64,000 nucleotides of DNA from Tortispora ganteri (taxonomy: Eukaryota), in contig PPNB01000008.1 in the NCBI GenBank assembly GCA_003707115.1, positions 186,001 to 250,000 on the forward strand, read 5' to 3'. A model generated the notes under the pieces. The model worked only from the letters and a program-made list of their open reading frames with translations. It was not told the origin of the DNA and did not search any database. Made by a program: the position numbers and the translations under genes. Below, in pieces: positions 44,794-57,318 of this stretch. The first letter of the stretch is position 1; each line of letters opens with the position of its first letter.

Positions 44794-44921
44794 GCGGGCT
44801 GCCTTTTTACATTATTTTGACTTATAATCGTTTTATACATAGCTAATACAGATAGCAGTCTTCTTTTTGTCTCCGTACGCAATAGCAACCTAAACTTAGA
44901 CCTACCGACCCGCACTGTGAA

Positions 44922-45536
44922 ATGCACACATTAAAATATTTGGCGCTGCAGAAGTGCTTGCGCTATATTAATTATATCACAGATGTAGGAGAAGCACCGT
45001 ATGAGCTCATGGAACCAATTTTGAGCAGGATGTCCGCACCCGGGCTCGAGGTAATAGAAAAGGCGTCGCCTCAGCTACGAGACCGTACTGATACACTCTG
45101 GAAAGCGCTGCTAGTACGTGATTTCCCTACAAAGGAAATACCTTCTACTAATTTTAGATCTGCATATACAAAGAACCATAAAGACAAACAACGGCGACTG
45201 AAAAGTATATCGCAAAAGCTACGTGCTTCTACTGAATCGCTTAATGAACAGAAAAGTATGATGAAAATAACGCCTCTTGACGATATACCACTGTCAATAA
45301 AACGGGCCGAATTGTCCAGAAAACTTTTAAACACACCAAAAAAGAATCTGTCTATAATGCAAAAGGCGCGTATGGAGGTTAGGGACAATCTGCGCTCCAG
45401 ATCAAAAGTCCACAAACCCGTTAGACTGACTGCCACCAACGCTATTGCGTCGCAGACTAGTTCTCACGATCAAACTAATCATGATCATACTCATTCATCT
45501 ACGGTTCCCTCGGTGTTTATTAAGCCGAAAAAATAA
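44922..45536 (+). CDS. ELA1: Elongin A
   Basis: N-terminal BC-box-like TLKYLALQKC; DVGEAPYELMEPIL; IEKASPQL; LWKALLVRDF. Confidence 0.8.
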   Translation: MHTLKYLALQKCLRYINYITDVGEAPYELMEPILSRMSAPGLEVIEKASPQLRDRTDTLWKALLVRDFPTKEIPSTNFRSAYTKNHKDKQRRLKSISQKLRASTESLNEQKSMMKITPLDDIPLSIKRAELSRKLLNTPKKNLSIMQKARMEVRDNLRSRSKVHKPVRLTATNAIASQTSSHDQTNHDHTHSSTVPSVFIKPKK

Positions 45537-45585
45537 CTCTCACGAAATAATTACTAGCCGTTTATTCCTACACTTGCATGCTGTC

Positions 45586-46344
45586 TTATTTCGGAGCGAC
45601 AGTAGTGGAGTACTTGATATATTCCTCTGTCTCCTTATTCCTGGCTTCAATGAAGTCGCTGATATAACTGGGTAGAGGTACTTCATTATAAGAAGAGGGT
45701 ACGGGCGGCTCAAACTTTTGGCTGATGGGCAGCACACCCGTCCAGATCTTCTTGTTCTCGTCGATGATATCTTCTGCACCTTCTACACCATATCCAGCAC
45801 GTACTTTCGCAGAAGCTGAGTCGACTGTGATCTTTAGAATGCTCGTTGCCGCAAGTTCGCCTTTAGTAGGTGGAGTACGGCTGTTCTCATACCGACCGGG
45901 AACGATTTTGTCGGTGATGATTGTCATCGCATACAACTTTTCATCAGGATCGGTGACCAACGTGGCAGTACCATGGATTACAGATGATCTGTAGTTATAA
46001 TTGTGCGAGTATGGCGTGTACGTGAGAATGTATCCGTCGACGATCGATGCACACACGCACACCTTCATGCCATCAGTACCCGCAGTGTTCATCATGCGTG
46101 CAGACACGTAACCGTGGATGTACAAGTCCAATGGCTCATCTAAGCCGGCACTTGGGTGATCAAATGACCCCATCTGACCGATCATCGGTAAATTCACAGG
46201 AAGTCCGTCTACTACGAATGAGACGTGCAAAACCGGCGACTCGTTTACAATAGAGTGTACCGTCTTACACTCATAATCTGCGAGCGAATCATACCTGACG
46301 ACCTTATTCTGTTTCTTCTTAGGATACTGAATCGTCTCAACCAT
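45586..46344 (-). CDS. FMN-binding split-barrel protein (pyridoxamine 5'-phosphate oxidase-like / NimA-like)
   Basis: VLHVSF, LYIHG, VDG...HNYNYRSSVIHG, SASAKVRAG, WTGVLP. Confidence 0.8.
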   Translation of the reverse strand: MVETIQYPKKKQNKVVRYDSLADYECKTVHSIVNESPVLHVSFVVDGLPVNLPMIGQMGSFDHPSAGLDEPLDLYIHGYVSARMMNTAGTDGMKVCVCASIVDGYILTYTPYSHNYNYRSSVIHGTATLVTDPDEKLYAMTIITDKIVPGRYENSRTPPTKGELAATSILKITVDSASAKVRAGYGVEGAEDIIDENKKIWTGVLPISQKFEPPVPSSYNEVPLPSYISDFIEARNKETEEYIKYSTTVAPK

Positions 46345-46647
46345 ACCTGTTAACTTGAGCGAATCTACTGATTAAACTGTCACTTCTTATAGAAGAGCAA
46401 CCACAAGATACTTCCGCGATATGCGATAGATCGCCAGTAGGTTAAGGTTTACATTTCCTCTTACGGTTATTAAAAGAGCTGTGATTGGATATACGACTGC
46501 TATTATTTGTTCAATTGCATAGATTTTACTACGGTGAATTTATGATTAGTCGATCTTGTGGGCGATACATCGTTAATAAAACCCCGTTAAGTTACGCATG
46601 TGGCTGATTAGCCTGTAAAACGAAATTACATACCCGCTTTTTAGTCC

Positions 46648-46656
46648 ATGAGTCAT
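46648..46656. promoter_or_regulatory. Perfect Gcn4/AP-1-type site ATGAGTCAT
   Basis: Exact 9-bp consensus in the divergent promoter, 304 bp upstream of the flavin-binding gene. Confidence 0.5.
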
Positions 46657-47070
46657 ATGATAATGACGATCTACATCGGATAAGATCGCTTATGTGATTA
46701 GAGGTATTGACACATTACGAAATAAGAATTTAATATTCTTAAAATACACGCCAGTGTTTACTTTTAATGAGTAATCGCAGTAATTGATATTTTTGTTCAA
46801 TTGTTACTAGCCTGTCCTTTCGCGCTCGAACCTTACTTAGGCACTGATACCAGCATATAACACTATATATACGCTTCCCCGCTACACTGAGAATTATGAA
46901 GCTATAAAATATTTTGCGCCGGTATCGCGGTTATATATAGAAATTTTTTTTTTCTATTCGACTTCATTGTCGTTCTGCGGTCTGTCCCTGAACTCCGACA
47001 TGATAGATATTGTTAAACCTTATTTCCGCGTAGCACTGCTCTTCTACTTCAACCACAGGCTTTAGACAAC

Positions 47071-47907
47071 ATGAGCGAAATAGCGGCTATCCAGTCGCGG
47101 ATAGTGGTCTCTGAGACCGAAATACGGAAATTGCAGAACTCTTTTCGTATGTTTATAGATGGCGATCCCTCGGTAGCAGATATCGATAACGCCAAGAACC
47201 GCATCGATATCGATTTACAGGCATGCCGCGATACGCTCAAGGCGCTGGAAATCCAGGCGCAAGTCGCCAGGACAGAGATCTCGAATTATACCGAGAAGTC
47301 GGACAAACTGCTTAAAACCACTATCCCGCAGCTGGACAGCGAAATAAAGAAACTCAACATGACACTCGAAGTAGCCAAACAGCGCAAAAGCGAACGCATG
47401 GACATTAATGCCTGCGCCGATGCTATCACCACCGGAAAACTGTCGAGACAGTTCACAAACGGTATAAAATGGCCTACTTCTAAGCCAACAGGACAGCGGT
47501 ATGGTGCATACCCAAAAACTGTCGCCACAGTACAGAAAGAGCTGGACATAATCCAAGGCAAGATCGCGGCCGAGGAAGCGGAGGCTCTGAATCTACAGAG
47601 TAAAATACTCAAAAGGGAACAATGGGTCAAAGACATAGTAAAGGAACTGCACTCAAGGAAAGACGAACTTGTTAACTCTCTTATGAGCGAGTCTGACGAG
47701 TCTGATGACGAGGACCAGCCTGAGACAGAAGCGACAGAAGCGACAGATACGGCAACCGACGCAGACGCAGATGATACATCACCGCTTTCAGAGAAGGAAG
47801 ATACGGAAATGGAAGAAACTGAACGCACAGGCACTAAAATCACAGAATCAGTTGCCACTGATAACGACGCAGAAGACGAAGAAATGAACGATGTTGACTC
47901 ATTGTGA
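47071..47907 (+). CDS. Coiled-coil protein with acidic tail, possibly THO subunit Thoc7/Mft1-like
   Basis: Long coiled coil (EISNY...IKKLNMTLEVAK), N-terminal IQSRI motif, acidic C-terminus; family assignment is tentative. Confidence 0.55.
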   Translation: MSEIAAIQSRIVVSETEIRKLQNSFRMFIDGDPSVADIDNAKNRIDIDLQACRDTLKALEIQAQVARTEISNYTEKSDKLLKTTIPQLDSEIKKLNMTLEVAKQRKSERMDINACADAITTGKLSRQFTNGIKWPTSKPTGQRYGAYPKTVATVQKELDIIQGKIAAEEAEALNLQSKILKREQWVKDIVKELHSRKDELVNSLMSESDESDDEDQPETEATEATDTATDADADDTSPLSEKEDTEMEETERTGTKITESVATDNDAEDEEMNDVDSL

Positions 47908-47996
47908 AACAAAATGGATTATACATTATTTACTATAGTCTCATTACATGTTTTACTACATGATTTACGAACATAAGTAAATGAAAGTAATATTAT

Positions 47997-49622
47997 TTAA
48001 AGTAATCCTGTTCCCCGTCGCAACCGTCTGCTAGCCAATATCGGCGTGGTAGAGCAATGGTTAGTCTGACCATTATTATTTTCATCATCATCATCATCAC
48101 CCCCAAGCCATTTGGTGCTAGGCGCTGCATAAGACTGAGACCTGCCGAGTTGCATACTCGACTTGAATCTGTGCATTTCACGCTCGCACGCCTGTGTGTG
48201 ACTCGAATGATCCATTTCCACATACTTTTGTGGATAACATCGATGTCGGTGATCCTTAAAAAACGACGAGTACCCGCCTAACAGAACATATATCTCTGGA
48301 TAATGCAGATAAGGGTATCTGTGTCTGTTCATTTCTCGGTCTAGCTCTCTTAAATATCGTGCAATTAGAGGTGCGCGCCATGCTGAATATTCACAGTGGA
48401 AAACGAGCAATGTTTTCGATTTAGAAGGGTTTCGCAGAAGTAGCTTTTCCACATCCTCCTTTGAGTTTGCGTTTATTGCGCCGAAAATATGACCGCCTGC
48501 ATATTCGTACTCAAAGCGGCAATCTACTATTTGAACTCCGTCGTAATGATCTTTGTAGTGGCCATCGAGAACGCGTATCAGTGTTTCGCAGGTAATGCGT
48601 CTGAACGGTTCTCCTTCCTTTTGTTCAGAAGGCAAGATATGAGGATGCTCTGTCTCTATATTCTGAAAGAAGCTCGCAGGTTCCACAGGCTGTTTAAGCT
48701 CTGTTGGTGTTTTTGAGCTAAGCAAGTCCTGCGGGTGCTGAAACATACTCTGTGTCCTTCTGAATTTGGACGATCTTTTAAGGGCAGGATTCAACTTGTA
48801 ACAGACAGAGGTGTCACCATCAGGCTGGTTGATGGAGATAGTGGGTCTAGCTCGACGGAATGGGTTGATTGGCGAGCCTGAATTACGAAAGGGGGAGTCA
48901 TCCGAGGGCGAGCAACTGGCGATATCATTAATTTCGCGCTTCCTTCCAGAGATAGGGGTGGTCTTAGGGCTGTGGAATATCTCAGCTAGTTCATCTTCAC
49001 CAATTGTGTTAGAGCGCGAATTAGAATGCGAAATTGAAGAGAACAGGGAGGAGGCAGAATGTCGTGAGAATGAGGATGACTTGGAGCACCTTCTGGAAGA
49101 CGGGCCGTTAGCGATATTGTTGAGCGAGCTATAGATTGGTTTCAGCGGGTGACGCAAAAACTTGGAAGAAGGATGCGACAGTGAGTACTTTGCAGTAGGC
49201 GAGAGCGGCACCGGCTCGTGCACTTCGGCGTTCTTTGAAGCGTGCAGGGTGAACGACTGAGTGAGAGACCTTTTTGGAGCCGGGCGTGCAATGTCTGGGG
49301 CGAGATGGAAGTTCTCAGATATGTCAGCCGCGAGAAGGGAGGCAGGGCTGTCACATGATTGAGAAGCAAATGAACGACGATGGATCATGGCAGAGAGAGA
49401 GGAGGACCTGGAGGGCCACAGAGATGGACTTTGAGTGTCTGAGGGTATGGTGAAGTCAGTGTTCTCGTTTTCGTCCTCGTCCTCGTCAAGTGCATGAATT
49501 GTATTCAGAGATGAGGTTAATGTAGAAGATCTGGATAGAGATGGGAGAGAAGAAACCGAACTTCTATTGGAGTGAAACTGCGGGAAGTCATCAGACGGGG
49601 GTTTGAGAGATTGGCTGCTCAT
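47997..49622 (-). CDS. MIH1: Cdc25-type M-phase inducer phosphatase
   Basis: IVDCRFEYEYAGGHI, HCEYSAWRAP active loop, LHYPEIYVLLGGY; Ser-rich regulatory N-terminus. Confidence 0.95.
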   Translation of the reverse strand: MSSQSLKPPSDDFPQFHSNRSSVSSLPSLSRSSTLTSSLNTIHALDEDEDENENTDFTIPSDTQSPSLWPSRSSSLSAMIHRRSFASQSCDSPASLLAADISENFHLAPDIARPAPKRSLTQSFTLHASKNAEVHEPVPLSPTAKYSLSHPSSKFLRHPLKPIYSSLNNIANGPSSRRCSKSSSFSRHSASSLFSSISHSNSRSNTIGEDELAEIFHSPKTTPISGRKREINDIASCSPSDDSPFRNSGSPINPFRRARPTISINQPDGDTSVCYKLNPALKRSSKFRRTQSMFQHPQDLLSSKTPTELKQPVEPASFFQNIETEHPHILPSEQKEGEPFRRITCETLIRVLDGHYKDHYDGVQIVDCRFEYEYAGGHIFGAINANSKEDVEKLLLRNPSKSKTLLVFHCEYSAWRAPLIARYLRELDREMNRHRYPYLHYPEIYVLLGGYSSFFKDHRHRCYPQKYVEMDHSSHTQACEREMHRFKSSMQLGRSQSYAAPSTKWLGGDDDDDENNNGQTNHCSTTPILASRRLRRGTGLL

Positions 49623-50972
49623 TGGGCGCCAGGCAGGGTTGGAACTGGAAGGGACAATAAAAATAATAACGAATGGTTAGAAAAGAGGAAAAGGAAGAAG
49701 AAGCAGAGTGAGAGTCTTGTCTTACAAAGACAAAGAATACCTCAATCAGCAAGAAAACAAGAGATATTAAGGTAAAGAGGAAAGATGGTGTTTGATTAGC
49801 AAAGAAACGAGAGCTTTAAGGCTTATTGGAGGATTTTTGTTTTCTTTGACCTGAATTGGGTAATCCTGTAGAAAATCATGATTGGTCCATTAAGGTGTTT
49901 AAGCTTTTATTTTATTCATAGTTAGTGTTTTATAGCGGCTCGGAGATATTAGTAGTGCTAGTTAGCACCAACCTTGAACGAGGAATGCATAAATAAAGCG
50001 CGTACTAGTATCGATACTAATTTTAAAATTTATTTATTTGATTGATATTACTCTGAATGATGGTGCTGCTGCACTGTTTAGCAGCAGTGTTTTATTTCGG
50101 CCGTTTATCCATTTATAGTTCATAGCTATTCTCGTGCGATAACTCTCTCGTTTAAAGTCGGAACCAAGACAAGCTAGTTGCATTAATGGCTATAAAATTC
50201 TAGTATCGCTGAATATCGGACAAAAAAATGTACTAGAATTGAACTGCACGTGCTAATTCTTGTACATGTTAGTATGATACAAAGAGACCATATGCACTCG
50301 TATATTCCTTACAATTTCCTGTTCGGGAAATAAAGTTAAGTATGTACTATTTGCTAAGGTTCGAACGGCTTTTCGCTGCCATCTTAGATCGAAAGGATTC
50401 TTGAGATTAATCGTTTTAGTACCCTGTATACAATCTAACGAAATTCGAACTTTAAAAAAGCAAAACCGAAAATAAGAGAAAATCGTGCGAAATTCACTTT
50501 TGCAGTCTCAAGCGCTATAAAAAATTATAGTTATGGTGCTATCTTCTTAAAAGGTTTCTCGCACACAAGCGGTTTCTGACCCTCCTAATGTTCACTTTAC
50601 CTACTACTACATTCAGACTATTGTATCATACCAACAACTCTATCTATTATTATCAATATTATCATAGGTCTCGCTCTTTATATCTCAACTCGCCAAACAA
50701 GAAGTCTATAGTTTTTAGTTGCAGTGATCGAGTTTCGTGGGGGTCCGGCTTTCAAGATGAAGTACCGAAACTCTATTAATAAAATGATTGTCTTAATTGG
50801 ATAATGAAAGACCCTCACACACTAGCGATGTGCTCAGTTCGATCTAACCTTACAATTCTCATACAACGTTGCCCCTCCCTCGGTATTTCTTCTTCATCTT
50901 TTCTAAGTCATAGCACTGCCTAAAAGTAGCCAGACTTATATAGATATTTAACGTTTTTTAGAGAGACTATAG

Positions 50973-52214
50973 ATGACGCTAACCTCAGATGTGCCGGAGC
51001 AGTCTGCGCCGGCCGTTGCAGATAGTCATATTCCTCTCAAACCAGTAGAATCAGAATCAGATTCTCAGAACTGGTTCAAGAGACGCTGTCCTAAACCATT
51101 ATACAAAATTATAGTTTCACATGCGGGACTCAAAATTGTAGCTGTTTCACAGTTATTTGGCTCTTTTATGTCTGTCTCTGCGCGGCTACTTGAAACCCGA
51201 TCGAATCCTCCATTCCACCCTTTGCAGATCCTTTTTACTAGAATGGTTATCACATCGATCTGCTCCCTACTCTACATGTACAAGACCAAAGTCCCTAATT
51301 TTATTCTAGGGCCGCCAGAAGTGCGTGGTCTTCTTGTGGCCCGTGGTGTCACAGGCTTTTTTGGAGTCTTCGGCCTCTATTATTCCCTTAACTACTTGTC
51401 GCTCTCTGAAGCTACTGTTATTACATTTCTCAACCCAGCTGCCTCAGCATTTGCATGTTATCTTTTATTAAATGAACCATTCACAAAAAAGGAACGTCTA
51501 GCATCAATTATATCGCTTATCGGAGTCATAATCATCGCTAAACCAGGCCCACTCGCTCTTTTGGACGGCTCAGCCTCCAGCTCTGTACCTGCAACCTCAT
51601 CATCAACTGTATCGAATCAGACAGAGAACACTGTGTCAAGTACTGATAGATATATAGCTATAGCAGTAGCGCTACTTGGAGTCTGTGGCGCTGCTGGTGC
51701 TTTCACCTGCATCCGGTGGATTGGTAAAAGGGCTCATGCTCTCATAACAGTCAACTACTTTGCCATATGGTGTGTAATTGTTTCTACTACAGCTATTCTT
51801 GTACTCCCGGGAATGAAATTTCTATTTCCAAGCAATTTTACTGAATGGGCGTTGTTGATCGCCATTGGCGTGTCAGGATTTCTCATGCAGTTTTTATTAA
51901 CTATAGGTCTACAGCTCGAGCGACCTGGTCGGGCTACGAACATGTTATATCTCACCATGTTCTACGCGCTCGCATTTGACAAGCTTATCTGGGGCCAAAC
52001 GCCGACGTGGCTGTCTATTTTCGGGTCAGCGATGATCCTCGGCAGTGCCGTTTGGGTTGCGCTGCAGAAGGACACGGGTACACCGGCCGCGCAAGGTTAC
52101 AGCGAAGTACAGCATCCACGCAGCCATCGCGAAGACCTCGAAGAGGGCTCAGACAACTTGCAGGAGGCCGTGCTGCTGGACGATTTTGATATTAGCGGCT
52201 CAGAATCGGAATGA
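50973..52214 (+). CDS. DMT/EamA (SLC35G-like) transporter
   Basis: RGVTGFFG...YLSLSEATVITFLNP; about 10 TM helices; LTIGLQLE. Confidence 0.88.
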   Translation: MTLTSDVPEQSAPAVADSHIPLKPVESESDSQNWFKRRCPKPLYKIIVSHAGLKIVAVSQLFGSFMSVSARLLETRSNPPFHPLQILFTRMVITSICSLLYMYKTKVPNFILGPPEVRGLLVARGVTGFFGVFGLYYSLNYLSLSEATVITFLNPAASAFACYLLLNEPFTKKERLASIISLIGVIIIAKPGPLALLDGSASSSVPATSSSTVSNQTENTVSSTDRYIAIAVALLGVCGAAGAFTCIRWIGKRAHALITVNYFAIWCVIVSTTAILVLPGMKFLFPSNFTEWALLIAIGVSGFLMQFLLTIGLQLERPGRATNMLYLTMFYALAFDKLIWGQTPTWLSIFGSAMILGSAVWVALQKDTGTPAAQGYSEVQHPRSHREDLEEGSDNLQEAVLLDDFDISGSESE

Positions 52215-52290
52215 CTTAAGGAGTCATAGGTAGACTCAGGAACATTTAAAGTAAGGTATTATAAAGAACATAAAGTTATGACGTAATGAT

Positions 52291-52926
52291 TCAGAATTGT
52301 GATAGTCCTCCTTGTAGCTCATCGGGTACCAATTGTTTGTGGTCTTTTGGGTTCGCAGCGGCTTCATACATGCTGATGACGGGGTCCTTAGTTAGCGCAG
52401 ACCAGTCTCCAGACAGGCCAATGTAGTAGAGTTGCGACTCGTCAGCTCCGTGATTCGATTCGACAAATACAGTGAGCGACTTGACATTACTAAACTGTGT
52501 GCGTTTTAGCGGGTACTCAGCAATTTCTAGAGTTTGTGGGTGGTCGATCTCTGCTGTGGGTTTCATGTCTGCAGCTGTGTCGAAATCCATCTCTCTGTTG
52601 ACAAACAATTTGATCTTATTGACGGCGTGAATATCGGCAGTTGAACGGATTTGAATGCTGTGAAGTCGAACAAGTGAAATAAATGGAATTGTGATAAGCA
52701 ACTGTTCATCGGCGTCAGACTCCAGAACTGGATCACTTGACAGTCGCTCGCTGTACGGTCTTATGATCTTCTTCGCTGTTTCCGGGACCGCTTCGTTCAG
52801 CGCACGTACGTGCTCAATATCTATCTGCGCATACAGGCTCTTTGCACCTGCCTGTGACCCCTGAAGTCCGTGGTCGTCATAGCCGTTGCCGTCGTTGTGG
52901 TGGTGATGGTGGCTGTGACAGGACAT
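52291..52926 (-). CDS. PITH-domain protein (PITHD1-like)
   Basis: His-rich N-terminus, SLYAQID, LESDADEQLLITIPF, YEAAANPKDH. Confidence 0.9.
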   Translation of the reverse strand: MSCHSHHHHHNDGNGYDDHGLQGSQAGAKSLYAQIDIEHVRALNEAVPETAKKIIRPYSERLSSDPVLESDADEQLLITIPFISLVRLHSIQIRSTADIHAVNKIKLFVNREMDFDTAADMKPTAEIDHPQTLEIAEYPLKRTQFSNVKSLTVFVESNHGADESQLYYIGLSGDWSALTKDPVISMYEAAANPKDHKQLVPDELQGGLSQF

Positions 52927-53291
52927 TCCCTAGTTGTTGCAGTATTGTCGTTGAGTAAGGAGGAAACCGTTCTGGTAGAAGATTGAAACAATGCCCCAAT
53001 TGGGTAATAAACGTTTCAGCAGGTTTGGTATGACTCTGCACATGCTCAGTATGCGGTCGTAAATGGCTCTGTATAGACAAATAAAACAATATTATGGAAC
53101 TGAAAAAAAAAATGAAAATGTTCTGTAGCAGCAAAACATTGAACACTCTTTGACGTCGAATATCTGTACACAGACACTGTCCACTAATAGCGGCCTCGCA
53201 CGAGGTCGAATGCGGGAGCTTTGAAATCGCCCCACAACCCTAATCCATTAAAACAATTTACACTAATGTTGGTTGGATGTTAATTTTGTAG

Positions 53292-54332
<1,041 letters not shown>

Positions 54333-54351
54333 ACTGACTATTTGCCACGCA

Positions 54352-54969
54352 TTAATTTGGTAACATTTCTCTCTGGATGTTGTAATTATAGTTTGGATTG
54401 AGCTCTTCTAATTCTTCTTCTTTTGTAATCACTGGATCTGGCAACGCAGGCAGGCCAGGGATAGCCTTAACATTAGTGCCGTTAACATTCTGTTCTAGTT
54501 CCTTAAGTTCGGACTCTATTTCCTCTTCATCGGATTTAGTTATACTTCGCGCCATAATATTACTAATTTCTTCCTGGTACGCAATGCCATCGGCTGTTTC
54601 GTCTATAAGCTTTTCAATCCTATCCATGTTCATTTCGGCATTTAGTTGTTTGAGCACACGATTCCCTTCTTCGAGCCCAAACACAACATCTTTCTGCACG
54701 AGTGCAAACTCTACACTATCGACCAGTTGTTCCAGGGTCATCAACTGTTCGTCTGTCTTGTTCAATAGTTGTTCCTGGTACTTTCGTTTCCGTAGCGCTA
54801 ACAGTGCCCGCCGCCTGTCACCTTTCTGTAAACACAACGCCGCAAGTTCCTTCTCACGGTCCAGAACTACCTGTATACTTGTTTGATACTCTTGAAGTTT
54901 ATCACGTTGAAGTTTCAGGTTCAAAATCGCGCGGTCTTGTGCCGTTATTTTGCTTGATCCGTTTCCCAT
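54352..54969 (-). CDS. VPS20: ESCRT-III subunit Vps20/CHMP6
   Basis: MGNGSSKITAQDRAILNLKLQRDKL, ALLALRKRKYQEQLL. Confidence 0.93.
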   Translation of the reverse strand: MGNGSSKITAQDRAILNLKLQRDKLQEYQTSIQVVLDREKELAALCLQKGDRRRALLALRKRKYQEQLLNKTDEQLMTLEQLVDSVEFALVQKDVVFGLEEGNRVLKQLNAEMNMDRIEKLIDETADGIAYQEEISNIMARSITKSDEEEIESELKELEQNVNGTNVKAIPGLPALPDPVITKEEELEELNPNYNYNIQREMLPN

Positions 54970-55104
54970 TTGTTTCTCGTGAATGGTACAAGGTGATAGC
55001 TAGTCCCAACTGTTATGCTCTCTAAGACCTGTTTTTTTTCACCTTACCAGGCCACCACCTAACTCTTATATTCCTTTAAACCTCTTCCCTTCTTTTGTGC
55101 TATA

Positions 55105-57303
55105 ATGCCTCCTAAATCAAAAGTGGCTGGTTCGATAGAAGAGCGACTGAGTGTATATGTTCGCTCGCCAGAGTTTCTGCCGTCTCTTGCATCAATGCCA
55201 CCATACATGGCTGTCGACTCTCTGATCAATTTTGCGCAATCACAGGATTTCTTACTACAACGCACAAAAAAATCTATTCTTGTTAAATCCGCCGAGAAGG
55301 TACTTAGCGAATACATGCAGACTGATACAGAAACTTCACAACAGTTGCCGCCAGAATCCCGCTCCTCGGAACAACCAGACGACCGTTCTATGAACTCATC
55401 CATAGTTGATCTGTGGAAGAAGGACTCCAATAATACCCCTGAACCATCGCGCAAGCGTGATAGGGCAGGAAAGGAATTGAGAAAAAAGCAGGATAGATCC
55501 CCTCCGGCCAATGTCAAATTATCAGATCTTGGTGGAGTTGATTCCACCATCGAAAGAGTGCTCGAACTCATCGCCATGCCCTTGCTACATCCTGAAGTGT
55601 ATATTCACACCGGCATTGATCCACCAAGAGGAGTTTTACTACACGGTCCTCCAGGCTGCGGCAAGACGTTGCTTGCAAATGCAATAGCTGGCGAACTCGG
55701 CGTCCCATTCATATCCATATCTGCACCCTCTGTTATCTCAGGTATGTCTGGAGAATCAGAAAAGAAGATCCGTGAAGTTTTTGATGAAGCACGATCTCTT
55801 GCACCATGTCTAATGTTTATAGATGAAATAGATGCAATTACCCCAAAGAGAGAAAGCGCACAACGAGAAATGGAACGCAGAGTAGTCGCTCAGCTCCTCA
55901 CGTCCATGGATTCTCTCTCCATGGCAAACACTGGCGGACAGGCAGTGGTAATAATAGGCGCTACGAATCGTCCAGACTCACTGGACGCTGCTTTGCGTCG
56001 AGCTGGCCGTTTTGACACTGAAATAGCAATGACAGTGCCCTCAGAAGCGTCACGCGAAAGAATCCTCCGAGTTTTGAGCAAGAAACTCAGAATCACTGGC
56101 AATTTCGATTTCGCTGCTCTAGCGAAAATGACCCCAGGATTTGTAGGCGCCGATCTCAATGCACTCACATCCGCTGCGGGTGTTTGCGCAATCAAAAGAA
56201 TATTCGAGTATCTCAAAGGCACAGAAATTGACACTTCTTCAATGGAAGTGGACGACTCTCCTTCGTCGTTGATAAAGAAGTTTATTGACGCACACCCTGA
56301 TCCTTTAACTCCGGAACAACTAGAACCATTGTCTATCTCGCTTGAAGATTTTATCACGGCCTTACCCACTATTCAGCCTTCATCAAAGCGCGAAGGTTTT
56401 ACGACTGTACCCGATGTAACATGGGCAGACGTCGGTGCACTTGGCCCTATTCGAAAGGAGCTGCAAATGGCTATTGTTCAGCCCATTATGCGTCCAGACC
56501 TTTATAAGTCTGTTGGAATCACTGCACCGTCAGGTGTTCTACTTTGGGGCCCGCCGGGATGCGGCAAAACACTTCTTGCCAAAGCCGTCGCAAACGAATC
56601 TCGTGCGAACTTCATATCTGTGCGAGGTCCTGAGCTACTAAACAAGTATGTAGGTGAATCAGAGCGCGCAGTTAGACAAGTTTTCTTACGTGCACGTGCC
56701 TCTGTACCATGTGTGATATTTTTCGACGAACTGGACGCTTTGGTACCTAAGCGTGACGAAGCACTATCGGAATCATCTGCACGGGTGGTCAATACTCTGC
56801 TAACAGAGCTTGATGGACTGAATGATAGACAAAGTGTTTATGTTATCGGTGCTACGAATCGTCCTGACATGATCGACGCAGCCATGCTAAGACCAGGGCG
56901 ACTGGACAAGCCGCTGTTTGTACAGCTGCCTACCGAAACTGAACGCTACGAAATTTTACGAACTTTGACACGAAAAACGCCACTTTCGGACGATGTTGAT
57001 ATTAAAATATTGGCGGCAGACAACCGTGGACGCAACTTCTCTGGCGCAGATTTGGCTGCGTTAGTGAGGGAGGCTGCAGTGGTAGCTCTGCATGAGAGGA
57101 TATCGAAATCATTAGACAATGAACGTTCAGAGAATGGTATAAGACAATACGAATTGCCGCCACAATACGCTGACGAGAACGAGGAGCAAATAAAGGTCGG
57201 CGCTATACACTTTGAGAAGGCATTTAACAATGTTAAGCCAAGCGTAAGTGATGAAGACCGAGGGAAATACGAACGTCTTAGCCGACAACTAGGATGGAAC
57301 TAA
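55105..57303 (+). CDS. RIX7: Ribosome biogenesis AAA ATPase (NVL)
   Basis: Two AAA domains (GPPGCGKT twice); SGMSGESEKKIR; QPSSKREGF; ELLNKYVGESE. Confidence 0.95.
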   Translation: MPPKSKVAGSIEERLSVYVRSPEFLPSLASMPPYMAVDSLINFAQSQDFLLQRTKKSILVKSAEKVLSEYMQTDTETSQQLPPESRSSEQPDDRSMNSSIVDLWKKDSNNTPEPSRKRDRAGKELRKKQDRSPPANVKLSDLGGVDSTIERVLELIAMPLLHPEVYIHTGIDPPRGVLLHGPPGCGKTLLANAIAGELGVPFISISAPSVISGMSGESEKKIREVFDEARSLAPCLMFIDEIDAITPKRESAQREMERRVVAQLLTSMDSLSMANTGGQAVVIIGATNRPDSLDAALRRAGRFDTEIAMTVPSEASRERILRVLSKKLRITGNFDFAALAKMTPGFVGADLNALTSAAGVCAIKRIFEYLKGTEIDTSSMEVDDSPSSLIKKFIDAHPDPLTPEQLEPLSISLEDFITALPTIQPSSKREGFTTVPDVTWADVGALGPIRKELQMAIVQPIMRPDLYKSVGITAPSGVLLWGPPGCGKTLLAKAVANESRANFISVRGPELLNKYVGESERAVRQVFLRARASVPCVIFFDELDALVPKRDEALSESSARVVNTLLTELDGLNDRQSVYVIGATNRPDMIDAAMLRPGRLDKPLFVQLPTETERYEILRTLTRKTPLSDDVDIKILAADNRGRNFSGADLAALVREAAVVALHERISKSLDNERSENGIRQYELPPQYADENEEQIKVGAIHFEKAFNNVKPSVSDEDRGKYERLSRQLGWN

Positions 57304-57318
57304 AAACTCTGAAGTGGT

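Noticed and set aside
44079..44927. 282-aa poly-Ser antisense ORF over FPR3 (similarly 47286-47912, 55059-55577 and 54398-54886)
   Set aside because: Mirror of Glu/Asp/Lys-rich codons on the coding strand.
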